From NCBI GenBank assembly GCA_950072105.1, contig CATMOE010000006.1, positions 1-64,000 of the forward strand: DNA of 64,000 nucleotides, read 5' to 3'. The stretch comes from an uncultured Dehalococcoidia bacterium. GTDB taxonomy: Bacteria > Chloroflexota > Dehalococcoidia > Lucifugimonadales > UBA3495. The position numbers and the translations under genes are program-made. Numbering within the stretch: the stretch's first letter is position 1; each line of letters opens with the position of its first letter. Of this stretch, positions 19,999 through 29,303 are shown one piece after another. The notes below the pieces were generated by a model, which worked only from the letters and a program-made list of their open reading frames with translations, made no database searches and was not told where the DNA came from.

Positions 19999-21660
19999 TT
20001 AGATAGCCGAATCCCCAGGTTTCCTCAACATCATCTGCCGCAGCAGAGGCACCGGCGGAGCGCCGTAGGATAGCAACCGGTCGTGGAACCCCTTCAGGGT
20101 ATAGGCGGCTCCCTGCTCCCTCTGGAAATCTTCCCTAAGCTTCAAGATCATCAGCTTGCCCAGAGTATAGCTCAGGTATCCGGGGTCGAAAGTTCCCCGC
20201 ATCGCCTCACGTCGTGCTGGCAACTCGCCCATGAACGCTTTGTCCATGAAAAACTCGGTGGCGTCGTCCACCGTCATTTCCTGGGTGTGCATCCAGATGG
20301 AGCACAGGAAGCGGCAGTTTCGCACCAACGCCTCTAACAACTGGGTGAGATGCAGAGCGGGCTGACCGGCGCCGTAGTCCGTTTCCACCATCATCTGCTC
20401 GGTGTAGTGGGCCCAGCCTTCGGTAAAGGCGTAGGACACGGCGACCCGGTTGGCCAACGGCAAGTCGCGCCCATAGCGGTTGTGCAGGTGGTGAACGAAG
20501 TGCCCCGGATACACTTCATGCACGGAGACCATCCGCAAAGTGTCGTAGTTAAAGTTGGACAGCCACTCTTCCTGCTGCTGGGCGGTCCAATCGGGCTCAA
20601 CCGGGGTAACGTAGTAAAAGGATTCGGTGGCCTTGGTTTCCAGGGCGCCCGCGCTGTCCATCGCGGCGAAGGCGTATCGCATGTAGGCCGGGGTTTCTAC
20701 CACCTGGCAGCGGTCCTCCGACGGGATGGTGATCAAGTCCAGGTCCAGCAGAAATTGCCTGATATCCTCCAGCATATCTCTGGTCTCCGGAAGCAGTCTT
20801 TCAGCCGAAGGGTGACTCCCTGAGACTTGGGCGACGACCTCGGCAACTCCCCGGCCCGGCGAGATTGACTCAGCCACCTGGGCAAGTTGCTCCAGGTTTC
20901 TCTCTAAATCAGCCTGGCCCAACTTCTCTACCTGAGCCAACGGAACATCCAGCCCCTCGCCGGTCTCCAACATGGCGGAGTACAGTTTGGAACCGATGGC
21001 AAATTCGGGTGTAGCCCGGCTTAACCTGCTCTCCAGTTCCGTCACGAACCGGTCCAAGGCGGAAGCGGCGGACTCCCGGGCGTCGTTGAACTCCGGAGAG
21101 ACCGTCCCATCACCCGATTCAGCGGCCGCTTGAGCCAGGTCCCGGCGATAGAAGCGGGCCATGCCGGTGTAGGCCTCAATGCTCATCTCCAGCACCGGGC
21201 GGCCGATAGCGTCTCCCAGGGCGGCAGTAAGGGTATCCAGGAACGCGGGCACGCGTTGCATCACCTGGGTAGCCGACCGGAGGCGGTCCGCCAGGGGGGC
21301 GTAGTCCCGTAGCAGGTATCCGCCCACGTTCAGGTAGCCAACTTGCCTCATGGGATTGTTTTCCAATGGCTTAAGCTCAGTCAACGAAAAGTGTTCCCGC
21401 TTGAAGAAGAGCTTCAGAAGTTGAAGACTCAGCCAATCGTCAGATTTCTCTCCGCCCGATCCGGCGGCATCAAGAAACGACATTGCTTGCTCCACCTGCT
21501 CGACCCGGCGGCGCACACTCACCGGGGAGAGATCGGGCAATCTACCGTCATATTCGTGCCTCCCGATCCGGGCGCCCGACGTAGGATAGAAATTCCAAAA
21601 CTCTTGGACTAGGCGTTGGGTGAGTTCTTGGAAGGCTGACCCGGGCTGGGATTGTGACAT
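19999..21660 (-). CDS. DUF885 family protein (putative metallopeptidase-like)
   Basis: HEVYPGH, FTEGWAHYTE, SYTLGKL and FHDRLLSYG motifs. Confidence 0.9.
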   Translation of the reverse strand: MSQSQPGSAFQELTQRLVQEFWNFYPTSGARIGRHEYDGRLPDLSPVSVRRRVEQVEQAMSFLDAAGSGGEKSDDWLSLQLLKLFFKREHFSLTELKPLENNPMRQVGYLNVGGYLLRDYAPLADRLRSATQVMQRVPAFLDTLTAALGDAIGRPVLEMSIEAYTGMARFYRRDLAQAAAESGDGTVSPEFNDARESAASALDRFVTELESRLSRATPEFAIGSKLYSAMLETGEGLDVPLAQVEKLGQADLERNLEQLAQVAESISPGRGVAEVVAQVSGSHPSAERLLPETRDMLEDIRQFLLDLDLITIPSEDRCQVVETPAYMRYAFAAMDSAGALETKATESFYYVTPVEPDWTAQQQEEWLSNFNYDTLRMVSVHEVYPGHFVHHLHNRYGRDLPLANRVAVSYAFTEGWAHYTEQMMVETDYGAGQPALHLTQLLEALVRNCRFLCSIWMHTQEMTVDDATEFFMDKAFMGELPARREAMRGTFDPGYLSYTLGKLMILKLREDFQREQGAAYTLKGFHDRLLSYGAPPVPLLRQMMLRKPGDSAI

Positions 21661-21799
21661 ATCAGAATAACCCTCTAACAAGGGATGGATCGGTATAAAC
21701 AGCCAGATAGGCCCAACGAATGCCGGGCCTATCTTAGGAGGATGCCAGTCTTGGTATGGGCCGGTTACCGGCAGCGGAGTTCGTAGGCCGGATTTTCCG

Positions 21800-22126
21800 C
21801 TACTCGATCACCTCACCTATCTGGAACGCAGGTTTAATGTCGGTATAGTTCGGAATGTCCCCCATGATTGCCCGGCCGTGGGTGCTGAATGCCGCATGGA
21901 CTTCTTCCAGCGTATTGAAGTAGAGACTCCCCACCGCCACGTACATAGGTGGAGAGTTGGGGTCGGTTCCCGAGATACCTTTCTCCAATTCGCCACGAAT
22001 CAATCCGCCAGGGGCCAGCAGCCCGGCGACCATTGGAATGTGCTTATTCTGATAGTAATCGAAATCGAACTTTTTATCCGGATCATTTGGGTACATGACC
22101 GTAACTTTTATCATCGGGCTTCCCAT
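21800..22126 (-). CDS. EthD family protein
   Basis: MIKVTVMYP, FDFDYY..KHIP and DIPNYTDI motifs. Confidence 0.88.
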   Translation of the reverse strand: MGSPMIKVTVMYPNDPDKKFDFDYYQNKHIPMVAGLLAPGGLIRGELEKGISGTDPNSPPMYVAVGSLYFNTLEEVHAAFSTHGRAIMGDIPNYTDIKPAFQIGEVIE

Positions 22127-22389
22127 CCTTTTTGATTGTTTAGTTGTATTTTGGCAGGTGTACGGCGAGCCTTATTGGCTTGCAAGTTATGACAAGTAAG
22201 TTAGATCTTAAAAAGGCTTGTCCCGGCTCAGCGGCGTCAGAATCTGGCGGACCGATTAAAATGACACTCCGGCAGAGTCCGGGGATCTCGCCTTCACCCT
22301 GGGAGTAACACTTTAAGAGCGCCCCGACGGAGGGACGATTGGGAACAGAGAGTACGCTAAACAACCCGCATCGATATCAGCAGAACACT

Positions 22390-22626
22390 CTATGCAGAGG
22401 CCTCGGCGGCCTGCTCTTCTTGGCAAACGCGGCAGACAAAGCTTGCCCGGTCATCAGGCAAGCTGGTGACCGGGACATTCCGCTTTCGGTTGCAATTCGA
22501 GCACACGGCAGTTTCCAGGACGACTTCAGGTTTCGCGGTCTGGGTATCCGGACCGCGAAACCCCTGATATCCCGAGTTTTGCGCCTTGCGACGCTCGAAT
22601 CGTTCCTGGTCTTTGCGCCGGCTCAT
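22390..22626 (-). CDS. Small Zn-ribbon hypothetical protein downstream of rplL
   Basis: CSNC...CRVC, basic N-terminus, purine-rich RBS, 36 bp after the rplL stop. Confidence 0.75.
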   Translation of the reverse strand: MSRRKDQERFERRKAQNSGYQGFRGPDTQTAKPEVVLETAVCSNCNRKRNVPVTSLPDDRASFVCRVCQEEQAAEASA

Positions 22627-22662
22627 TCCTTCCCTTCCTTAACCGTGGGTAAGGGCGGGTAA

Positions 22663-23049
22663 CTAAGCGACTTCGACGACGGCACCGGCTTCTTCGAGCT
22701 TAGCTTTGATGGTGTCGGCCTCTTCTTTAACCACGCCTTCTTTGACGGCGGTGGGAGCGGCCTCAACCAGCTCTTTGGCCTCGCGCAATCCCAAAGAAGT
22801 AACTTCCCGGACGGCTTTGATGACGTTGATCTTATTTGGCCCGATCTCCTTGATCATTACCTGGAAATCGGTCTGTTCTTCCTCGGCAGCGGCGTCGGCT
22901 TCACCGGCGCCCCCACCAGCTGCCGGAGCGGCGGCCACCGCAACCGGCGCGGCGCTGATGCCAAACTCTTCTTCCAGAGCCTTCACCAGGTCAGCCACTT
23001 CCAGCACGTTCATCTCTTTGATCGCGGCCATAACTTCGTCTTTACTCAT
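22663..23049 (-). CDS. rplL: 50S ribosomal protein L7/L12
   Basis: [19 protein letters not shown] and [11 protein letters not shown] motifs. Confidence 0.98.
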   Translation of the reverse strand: MSKDEVMAAIKEMNVLEVADLVKALEEEFGISAAPVAVAAAPAAGGGAGEADAAAEEEQTDFQVMIKEIGPNKINVIKAVREVTSLGLREAKELVEAAPTAVKEGVVKEEADTIKAKLEEAGAVVEVA

Positions 23050-23101
23050 GGAACCTCCTTCCCTTATTCACTTTTATCTGATTCTAGATCGGTTAGCCGG
23101 G

Positions 23102-23641
23102 CTATTCGCTCGCGCCGGCTGATTCTAACTGACGTATCCTCGCTTGTAACAATCCATCCAAGTTCTGAAGCGGGCCGTTCAATGCTCCAAGAAGTCTCTG
23201 CAACGGCGCCTGTAACTGGCCCAGCAGAGAGGCGACCAGTTGGGGTTTGGCCGGTAGCGCCGCCATCCGGTTCACATCCGCCGGTGGTAGCATCCCACCT
23301 TCTCCCAAGATTGCTCCCTGGATATCCAATGGCAACCGAGTGGTTCGGATGAATTCCGCCAGAACCTTGGGCACCGCCGAGGGGTCATCATAGCCGAAGG
23401 CGATGGCGGTTGGCCCTTCGACCATGAATTTGGCCTGAGACCGTTGGGAAGCGTCGCAAGCCAGTTTCATCAGATTGTTCTTGACCACGGTGAATTCCAC
23501 CCCGGCATCTCTCATACGCCGCCGCAGATCGGTCATGTCATTTACTCCGATCCCGGCATAATTGGTGGAAACCGCGATGGAACATCGCTCTAGTTTATCT
23601 TTGAGTTCGCTGACTCGATCGACTTTTGCTTGTGTAGGCAA
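23102..23641 (-). CDS. rplJ: 50S ribosomal protein L10
   Basis: VVKNNL and GPTAIAF motifs; TTG start after GGAGGTGA; operon position. Confidence 0.95.
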   Translation of the reverse strand: MPTQAKVDRVSELKDKLERCSIAVSTNYAGIGVNDMTDLRRRMRDAGVEFTVVKNNLMKLACDASQRSQAKFMVEGPTAIAFGYDDPSAVPKVLAEFIRTTRLPLDIQGAILGEGGMLPPADVNRMAALPAKPQLVASLLGQLQAPLQRLLGALNGPLQNLDGLLQARIRQLESAGASE

Positions 23642-23652
23642 GGTCACCTCCG

Positions 23653-23686
23653 AAAAAAATCCCCGCGCCGTTCTCGAAGCGCGGGG
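23653..23686 (-). terminator. Intrinsic terminator/attenuator in the rplJ leader
   Basis: CCCCGCGC/GCGCGGGG stem followed by ATTTTTTT, just before the rplJ RBS. Confidence 0.75.
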
Positions 23687-23699
23687 ACCCGGCGATACG

Positions 23700-23785
23700 C
23701 AAATCCAGGGTCTTTGCACCTCGGCGGGCGGCTGTCGCTCTTTAGCCCTGTCGTTAACAGGGACCCGCTGTCTTCGGCGTGGTTA
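23700..23785 (-). promoter_or_regulatory. L10 leader RNA
   Basis: CCGAAGACAGCGGG...TAAA...CCCGCCGAGG between rplA and rplJ, resembling the L10-leader consensus. Confidence 0.75.
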
Positions 23786-23823
23786 CTGCTATTTGTTAGC
23801 GGTCGCTTTCGTTAAAACGCTCA

Positions 23824-24540
23824 TTACTCCGGGGCTTTCAATGCTTGCAGAACGGACATATCCAGAGGGACGCTGGGACCCATGGATGACGTCAGGTAGG
23901 CCGACCTTAGGAAGGTCCCCTTCACGCCATCTGGTCTGTCGCGAACGATCGCGTCCATCAGGGATGACAAATTGTCCAACAATTGGTTGGTTTCAAAACT
24001 TACCTTGCCGATGGGGCAATGGATTATGGCGGTACGGTCCGTGCGGTATTCAAGGCGGCCTGCTTTGGCTTCCTGAATCGCCCGAGGTAGATCCTGAGGC
24101 TGCACCATTGTTCCTGAGCGCGGGTTGGGCATCAGCCCTCTGCGGCCCAGCACCCGGCCAAGCTTGCCGATCTTGGGCATGACGTTGGGCACTGCCAATC
24201 CGATGTCAAACTCGGCCCAACCGCTTTCAACCTGTGCGATCAAATCGTCTTCGCCGGCGAAATCGGCGCCGGCCGCCCGGGCGATCTCCGCTGCTTCGCT
24301 ATCGGCAAACACCAGAACCCGGACCGTCTTCCCCAGGCCGTGGGGCATGGCCGCCACGCCCCGAACCATCTGGTCGGCGTGACGTGGATCGACGTTGGTG
24401 CGCAGATGGAGTTCCACTGTCTCATCGAACTTGGCGGTGGACAGGTCCTTGGTCAGAGCAATAGCTGCTTCTGGGTCGTATAGCCGGTCTTCTTCAACTT
24501 TTTCCGCCACTGCGGCGTAACGTTTGCTATATTTTGCCAC
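23824..24540 (-). CDS. rplA: 50S ribosomal protein L1
   Basis: AKFDETVE, DQMVRG, GLMPNPRSGT and SMGPS motifs. Confidence 0.98.
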   Translation of the reverse strand: MAKYSKRYAAVAEKVEEDRLYDPEAAIALTKDLSTAKFDETVELHLRTNVDPRHADQMVRGVAAMPHGLGKTVRVLVFADSEAAEIARAAGADFAGEDDLIAQVESGWAEFDIGLAVPNVMPKIGKLGRVLGRRGLMPNPRSGTMVQPQDLPRAIQEAKAGRLEYRTDRTAIIHCPIGKVSFETNQLLDNLSSLMDAIVRDRPDGVKGTFLRSAYLTSSMGPSVPLDMSVLQALKAPE

Positions 24541-24553
24541 GATTTATCCTTCG

Positions 24554-24985
24554 TTATTCTTCGGTCACTTCTATGCCCATACTACGTGCCGTGCCCTCGA
24601 TTATGGACATGGCATTCTCCACCGATCCGGCGTTGAGGTCCACCAGTTTGGTTTCGGCTATCTCCCGCAATGCTCGACGGCTGATAGCGCCAACGTTGCC
24701 CTGTTGACGGCCATCGGAAGTCCCTTTCTCTACCCCCGCGGCTTTACGCAGCAAATCGGATGCTGGAGGTGTCCTGGTCACGAAGGCAAAGGACCGGTCT
24801 TCAAAAACTGAGATGTGCACCGGTACAATGGTGCCGCTCTGGTTGGCGGTACGGGCATTGTACTCTTTGACGAACCCCATGATATTAACACCATGCTGGC
24901 CCAGCGCCGGTCCCACCGGAGGGGCCGGAGTCGCCTTACCCGCTTCTAACTGTAGCTTAATTATCGCTCTGAGCTTCTTTGCCAA
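24554..24985 (-). CDS. rplK: 50S ribosomal protein L11
   Basis: [18 protein letters not shown] and GTARSMG motifs. Confidence 0.98.
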   Translation of the reverse strand: MAKKLRAIIKLQLEAGKATPAPPVGPALGQHGVNIMGFVKEYNARTANQSGTIVPVHISVFEDRSFAFVTRTPPASDLLRKAAGVEKGTSDGRQQGNVGAISRRALREIAETKLVDLNAGSVENAMSIIEGTARSMGIEVTEE

Positions 24986-24993
24986 TGCCGCTC

Positions 24994-25572
24994 CTAAATC
25001 CTTTCTACTTGTAAGAAGTCCAGCTCCACCGGTGTTTCCCTTCCGAAGAAGGAAACCAGCACCCGGACTTTGCCCTTGGCTTCATCTACGTCATTGATCG
25101 ATCCGATGAAGTCAACGAAGGGTCCTTCGGTGATCCGCACCGTCTCACCCCGGGCCAGGCCGATCTTGACCCGGACCGGACCGGATTCCACCTGCTTGAG
25201 AATATCCTCGATCTGCTTGTCTTCCAGGGGAACCGGCTTGGGGCGCTTATCGTATTCGTCTTCGGTGGAAACAAAGCCGGTTACACCCGGCGTGTTCCGG
25301 ACGGCGTACCAACTTTCGTCGTCCATGTTCATCTGCACCAAGATGTAGCCCGGAAACAGTTTTTTCTTCTCAGAGCGGCGTTGACCGTCCTTGAAGATTA
25401 CCTCGTCCTCGGTTGGAACCAGCACTTCAAAGATGCGGTCTTGCATGTCCAGACTCTGGATCCGAAGGTCCAGGTTTTTCTTGACCAAGTCTTCCTGCCC
25501 CGAATAGGTATGAACGATATACCAACGGGGAGATTGGTCGTCTTCTACTTCGATGTCGCTTGGTGATGTCAT
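24994..25572 (-). CDS. nusG: Transcription factor NusG
   Basis: [24 protein letters not shown] and FGRETPVEL motifs. Confidence 0.98.
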   Translation of the reverse strand: MTSPSDIEVEDDQSPRWYIVHTYSGQEDLVKKNLDLRIQSLDMQDRIFEVLVPTEDEVIFKDGQRRSEKKKLFPGYILVQMNMDDESWYAVRNTPGVTGFVSTEDEYDKRPKPVPLEDKQIEDILKQVESGPVRVKIGLARGETVRITEGPFVDFIGSINDVDEAKGKVRVLVSFFGRETPVELDFLQVERI

Positions 25573-25645
25573 GGTTCTCTACCCCAAAATGCAGGTAGCT
25601 TTTCTAGGCGTCGCGGTTATAGCCGGCGCCGCGGTGGCAAACGTA

Positions 25646-25882
25646 CTAAAGAACAAACCTACTGAACGTTTGCTCGAATATCTGGTCTAGGCCTCCCAAG
25701 AAGAAGGCGGCGACTATCGAAAGAACGATAACCACCACCGTAAGGCGAGCCGTTTCTTCCCGGCTGGGCCATGTCGATTTTCTCAACTCGGAGACAGTCT
25801 CCTGTAGAAACTCTACAGGATTTACCCGATTCGCGATCCTAGATGTAGCCGACCTGGGATTCCGAGCTGTAACCCTGGCCAT
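25646..25882 (-). CDS. secE: Preprotein translocase SecE
   Basis: ELRKSTWPSREE plus one TM segment; upstream of nusG. Confidence 0.95.
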   Translation of the reverse strand: MARVTARNPRSATSRIANRVNPVEFLQETVSELRKSTWPSREETARLTVVVIVLSIVAAFFLGGLDQIFEQTFSRFVL

Positions 25883-25886
25883 GGTT

Positions 25887-26057
25887 TTACCTTACCTCGC
25901 GGTGACCTTTGTGGCCCCGGCAACGCGGGCAGTACTTCTTAAGCTCCAAACGCTGGGGGTCATTACGCCGGTTTTTTACCGTCGTGTAGTTGCGCTCCCG
26001 GCAGTCGCCGCATTGGAGAGTGATTATCTGTCTAACGTCAGCAGCTTTTCTAGCCAT
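25887..26057 (-). CDS. rpmG: 50S ribosomal protein L33, Zn-binding type (absent from the ORF track)
   Basis: Manual translation [56 protein letters not shown]. Confidence 0.97.
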   Translation of the reverse strand: MARKAADVRQIITLQCGDCRERNYTTVKNRRNDPQRLELKKYCPRCRGHKGHREVR

Positions 26058-26060
26058 AAT

Positions 26061-27245
26061 TTAATCCAACACCTGCGTGATTACTCCGGATCCTACGGTG
26101 CGGCCTCCCTCCCGGATGGCGAACCGCATCTGTGCCTCGATAGGAACGGGGGTGATCAACGATATAATCATCTTCACGTTGTCGCCCGGCATGACCATCT
26201 CAACCCCTTCAGGCAACTCCACCGAACCGGTGATGTCGCTGGTTCGGATGTAGAACTGGGGCTTGTACCCCGTGAAGAATGGAGTGTGCCGGCCTCCCTC
26301 TTCACGGCTAAGGATATAAACCTCCGCCTCTGCCCGTGCGTAGGGCCGCATGGATCCGGGCTTGACCAGCACTTGTCCGCGCTCTACCTCGTCCCGGTCC
26401 ACGCCACGGAGCAGGATGCCTACCGCGTCTCCAGCCTCCGTCGTGTCTAGCAGCTTGTGGAACATTTCCAATCCGGTGGCCACGGTTTCCCGAACATCAC
26501 CGAAGCGGATGATCTCAACCGGTTCTCCCTGTTTGAGCTGTCCGCGCTCCACCCGGCCGGTCACCACGGTGCCTCGGCCTTTGATCCCGAACACGTCTTC
26601 GATGGGCATAAGGAACGGGCGATCGGTGATCCGCTGGGGCATCGGGATGTAGTCGTCCATGGCCTGCACCAGTTTGAGGATCCCTTCTTCGGCTTCCTCG
26701 TCGCCCTCCAGGGCCTTCAAACCGCTTACCCGAATGATTGGAGTATCATCGCCGGGAAAGCCGTACATGTCGAGCAATTCCCGCACTTCCAGCTCCACCA
26801 ACTCCAGTAGCTCCTCATCCTCCATCATGTCAACTTTGTTGAGGGCCACCAGAATGCGGGGCACCTCCACCTGGCGGGCCAGAAGGATATGCTCCCTGGT
26901 TTGAGGCATGGGGCCATCGGGGGCGCTAACCACTAGAACCGCGCCGTCCATTTGAGCCGCGCCGGTAATCATGTTCTTGATATAGTCGGCATGGCCGGGG
27001 CAGTCCACATGGGCATAGTGTCTGTTTTCTGACTCGTATTCGACGTGGGCAATGGCGATGGTCACACCCCTAGCTTTTTCTTCCGGAGCGTTGTCAATGC
27101 TGTCCATGTCCTTAAAGGAGGCCAGCCCCTGCTTCGACAGGACTTTGGTTATCGCCGAAGTGAGAGTGGTCTTGCCGTGGTCGACATGGCCGATGGTTCC
27201 CACATTGACATGGGGCTTGGTCCGATCGAATTTCTGCTTCGCCAT
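26061..27245 (-). CDS. tuf: Elongation factor Tu
   Basis: [20 protein letters not shown] and [11 protein letters not shown] motifs. Confidence 0.99.
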   Translation of the reverse strand: MAKQKFDRTKPHVNVGTIGHVDHGKTTLTSAITKVLSKQGLASFKDMDSIDNAPEEKARGVTIAIAHVEYESENRHYAHVDCPGHADYIKNMITGAAQMDGAVLVVSAPDGPMPQTREHILLARQVEVPRILVALNKVDMMEDEELLELVELEVRELLDMYGFPGDDTPIIRVSGLKALEGDEEAEEGILKLVQAMDDYIPMPQRITDRPFLMPIEDVFGIKGRGTVVTGRVERGQLKQGEPVEIIRFGDVRETVATGLEMFHKLLDTTEAGDAVGILLRGVDRDEVERGQVLVKPGSMRPYARAEAEVYILSREEGGRHTPFFTGYKPQFYIRTSDITGSVELPEGVEMVMPGDNVKMIISLITPVPIEAQMRFAIREGGRTVGSGVITQVLD

Positions 27246-27275
27246 TTAGGTTTCTTCTCCTTTTGATGCTGGTAC

Positions 27276-27350
27276 TGGAGCCCAGAGGCGGGATTGAACC
27301 GCCGACCCCGTTCTTACCAAGAACGTGCTCTACCGCTGAGCTATCTGGGC
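27276..27350 (-). tRNA. tRNA-Thr(GGT)
   Basis: GCCCAGATAGCTCAGCGGTAGAGC...CTTGGTAA...GGTTCAATCC...TGGGCTCCA. Confidence 0.95.
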
Positions 27351-27411
27351 AAGTGGCTTCGGTACCTTACTTTGATATCCTAGTTCATCCCACTTATTCT
27401 ACAACATATTG

Positions 27412-27499
27412 TGGTGGAGGGGGTAGGATTCGAACCTACGAAGCCCTTCCGGACGCCAGGTTTACAGCCTGGTGGCTTTAACCACTCACCCACCCCTCC
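27412..27499 (-). tRNA. tRNA-Tyr(GTA)
   Basis: GGAGGGG acceptor, CTGTAAA anticodon loop, long variable arm, GGTTCGAATCC, encoded CCA. Confidence 0.95.
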
Positions 27500-27583
27500 A
27501 TAATGCAGATCGATTTTATCCCAACTCCCGCGCTACCAGCCGGATGTACCACGCAGGTTCTTTAGGATAGAGCCGCTGGAGAG

Positions 27584-27655
27584 AGCCCCAGAGGGGAGTC
27601 GAACCCCTAACCTGTCGATTACAAATCGACTGCGCTACCGTTGCGCCACCGGGGC
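27584..27655 (-). tRNA. tRNA-Thr(TGT), CCA not encoded
   Basis: GCCCCGG/CTGGGGC acceptor, GTCGA-TTTGTAA-TCGAC anticodon arm, GGTTCGACTCC. Confidence 0.93.
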
Positions 27656-27740
27656 AATTAAGAGCACCGGTTGGGTCCTACCAGAAAATGGCCCCGTGGG
27701 TGTGGGGCCATCTCACTGCAGCTAATTCGTAGAGACCCTA

Positions 27741-27769
27741 ATTATATAGAATCCATCTATGGAAGTCAA
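27741..27769 (-). promoter_or_regulatory. Sigma70-type promoter of the tRNA-tuf operon
   Basis: TTGACT-17bp-TATAAT. Confidence 0.75.
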
Positions 27770-28153
27770 TTGAAACCAGTCGTTTATCGAGACCAAAATC
27801 GGCCACTTCCGCCTTAGGAAAGTCCAACTTTTTCTCTTTGAAACTAGGTCTACGTTCATCGCCTTCGAACTCGCCTGATAAGGCAACTTCCATGCTGGAT
27901 CTTAGACGCTCGTCATTCCAGATCGGCTTTCGCCCTACCGGGACCTTTCTTGAAAAGGTATTCGTCTCATCTTCCCTATATCATGGAATGTTTCCGGTAC
28001 TCTCATGCTATTTGCTTGACACTTGCACGTCAAATTGATAACAATTGCATTGTTGTGGCCGATCGGTCTACTGACTGGCCGGAGCAGCCCACCCTTAGCC
28101 ATCAGATGGCATTAGGTCTGGGTTCTGTCCTATATCAGCAACGGAGGCAAGCA

Positions 28154-29188
28154 ATGGGAGAAATTCTGGGCATCGGACTTACTCACTACCCCGGCCTCAT
28201 GGCCCCGGACGAAGACCGCGCATTTCCATTGACCCGAATGCTGCGGAACCCTAACGTTTCCGCTGAACTGAAAAACCCCAGCAACTGGCCGGAACCGATG
28301 CGCATCGAATTCGGCGAAGACGAAGGTGTTTCCTCGGCCAAGGACCACCGTGCCAGGTTGGTGAAGGGGTTCCGGAAGCAACGGGAAGAGCTGGACGCGT
28401 TCAATCCCGACTTCGTGTTGATCTGGGGGGACGACCAGTACGAAAACTTCAAGGAAGACATCATCCCGCCCTTCTGCATCATGGCTTACGACAACTTCGA
28501 TTGCACGCCCTTCGCGCACCGAAAGAACAACGCCTGGGGGGAGCCTAACGACAAAGTCTTCTCCTATAAGGGCCATCCAGGGGCCAAGCAATTGGTCACA
28601 AAGCTCATCGAGCAAGGGATCGACATGGCCTATTCCTACAAGCCTCTCCACGAGGAAGGCGGCCTGGGCCATGCTTTCATCAACACGCTCCTGTACCTGG
28701 ACTATGACCGTAAAGGGTTTCCCTACGCGGTGATTCCATTCTCGGTGAATTGTTACGGAAGCAAGGTGATCCGTAACCAAGGCGGTGCGATTGAATTCGG
28801 AACGGCGGACGATCCGCCCGGCCCTACCGCCAAGAGGTGCATGGAAGTAGGCGCGGCCGTGGTGCGGGCGATACAGGACAGCCCCTGGCGCGTCGCCTTG
28901 ATCGCCTCGTCAAGCTGGTCCCACGCTTTCCTCACCGACAAGCACGACAAGCTTTGGCCTGACCAAGAGTCGGACCGGGCCCGCTTCGAAGAGCTGAAAG
29001 CCGGTGATTACGATGCGTGGCGGAACCTCTCCACTCCTCAGATCGAGGCCGCCGGACAGCAGGAGATGCTGAACTGGATGTGTCTGGCCGGGGCGATGGA
29101 GGAACTGGACCGCAAAGCGGAGATCTTAGACTACATCGAAACCTACGTCTTCAATTCGGAAAAGTGCTTGGCATTGTTCAAACCGTAG
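28154..29188 (+). CDS. LigB-superfamily extradiol dioxygenase (DesZ-like)
   Basis: THYP, GDDQYENF, LGHAF, SSSWSH and GQQEMLNW motifs; ATG after GGAGG. Confidence 0.8.
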   Translation: MGEILGIGLTHYPGLMAPDEDRAFPLTRMLRNPNVSAELKNPSNWPEPMRIEFGEDEGVSSAKDHRARLVKGFRKQREELDAFNPDFVLIWGDDQYENFKEDIIPPFCIMAYDNFDCTPFAHRKNNAWGEPNDKVFSYKGHPGAKQLVTKLIEQGIDMAYSYKPLHEEGGLGHAFINTLLYLDYDRKGFPYAVIPFSVNCYGSKVIRNQGGAIEFGTADDPPGPTAKRCMEVGAAVVRAIQDSPWRVALIASSSWSHAFLTDKHDKLWPDQESDRARFEELKAGDYDAWRNLSTPQIEAAGQQEMLNWMCLAGAMEELDRKAEILDYIETYVFNSEKCLALFKP

Positions 29189-29229
29189 TTTCCCGTTGGG
29201 CGGCTAGATCGGTCCGCCCGTTTGACACC

Positions 29230-29273
29230 AAAGACCCCCGGCGTCACAAGAGACGCCGGGGGTCTTTCTTTTT
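29230..29273 (+). terminator. Intrinsic terminator between convergent genes
   Basis: Long perfect stem AAGACCCCCGGCGTC/GACGCCGGGGGTCTT followed by a T-rich tract. Confidence 0.85.
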
Positions 29274-29303
29274 AACGGAAATTGCCCTGAGAAATCCCGG
29301 TGG

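Noticed and set aside
17031..20165. DUF885 tail copies as diversity-generating retroelement TR/VR
   Set aside because: Mismatches are not adenine-specific, many are synonymous, and no reverse transcriptase is present.
27276..28150. tRNA cluster as integration site for the aromatic cluster
   Set aside because: The cluster lies on the 5' side of the tRNAs; no duplicated tRNA 3' end or integrase was found.
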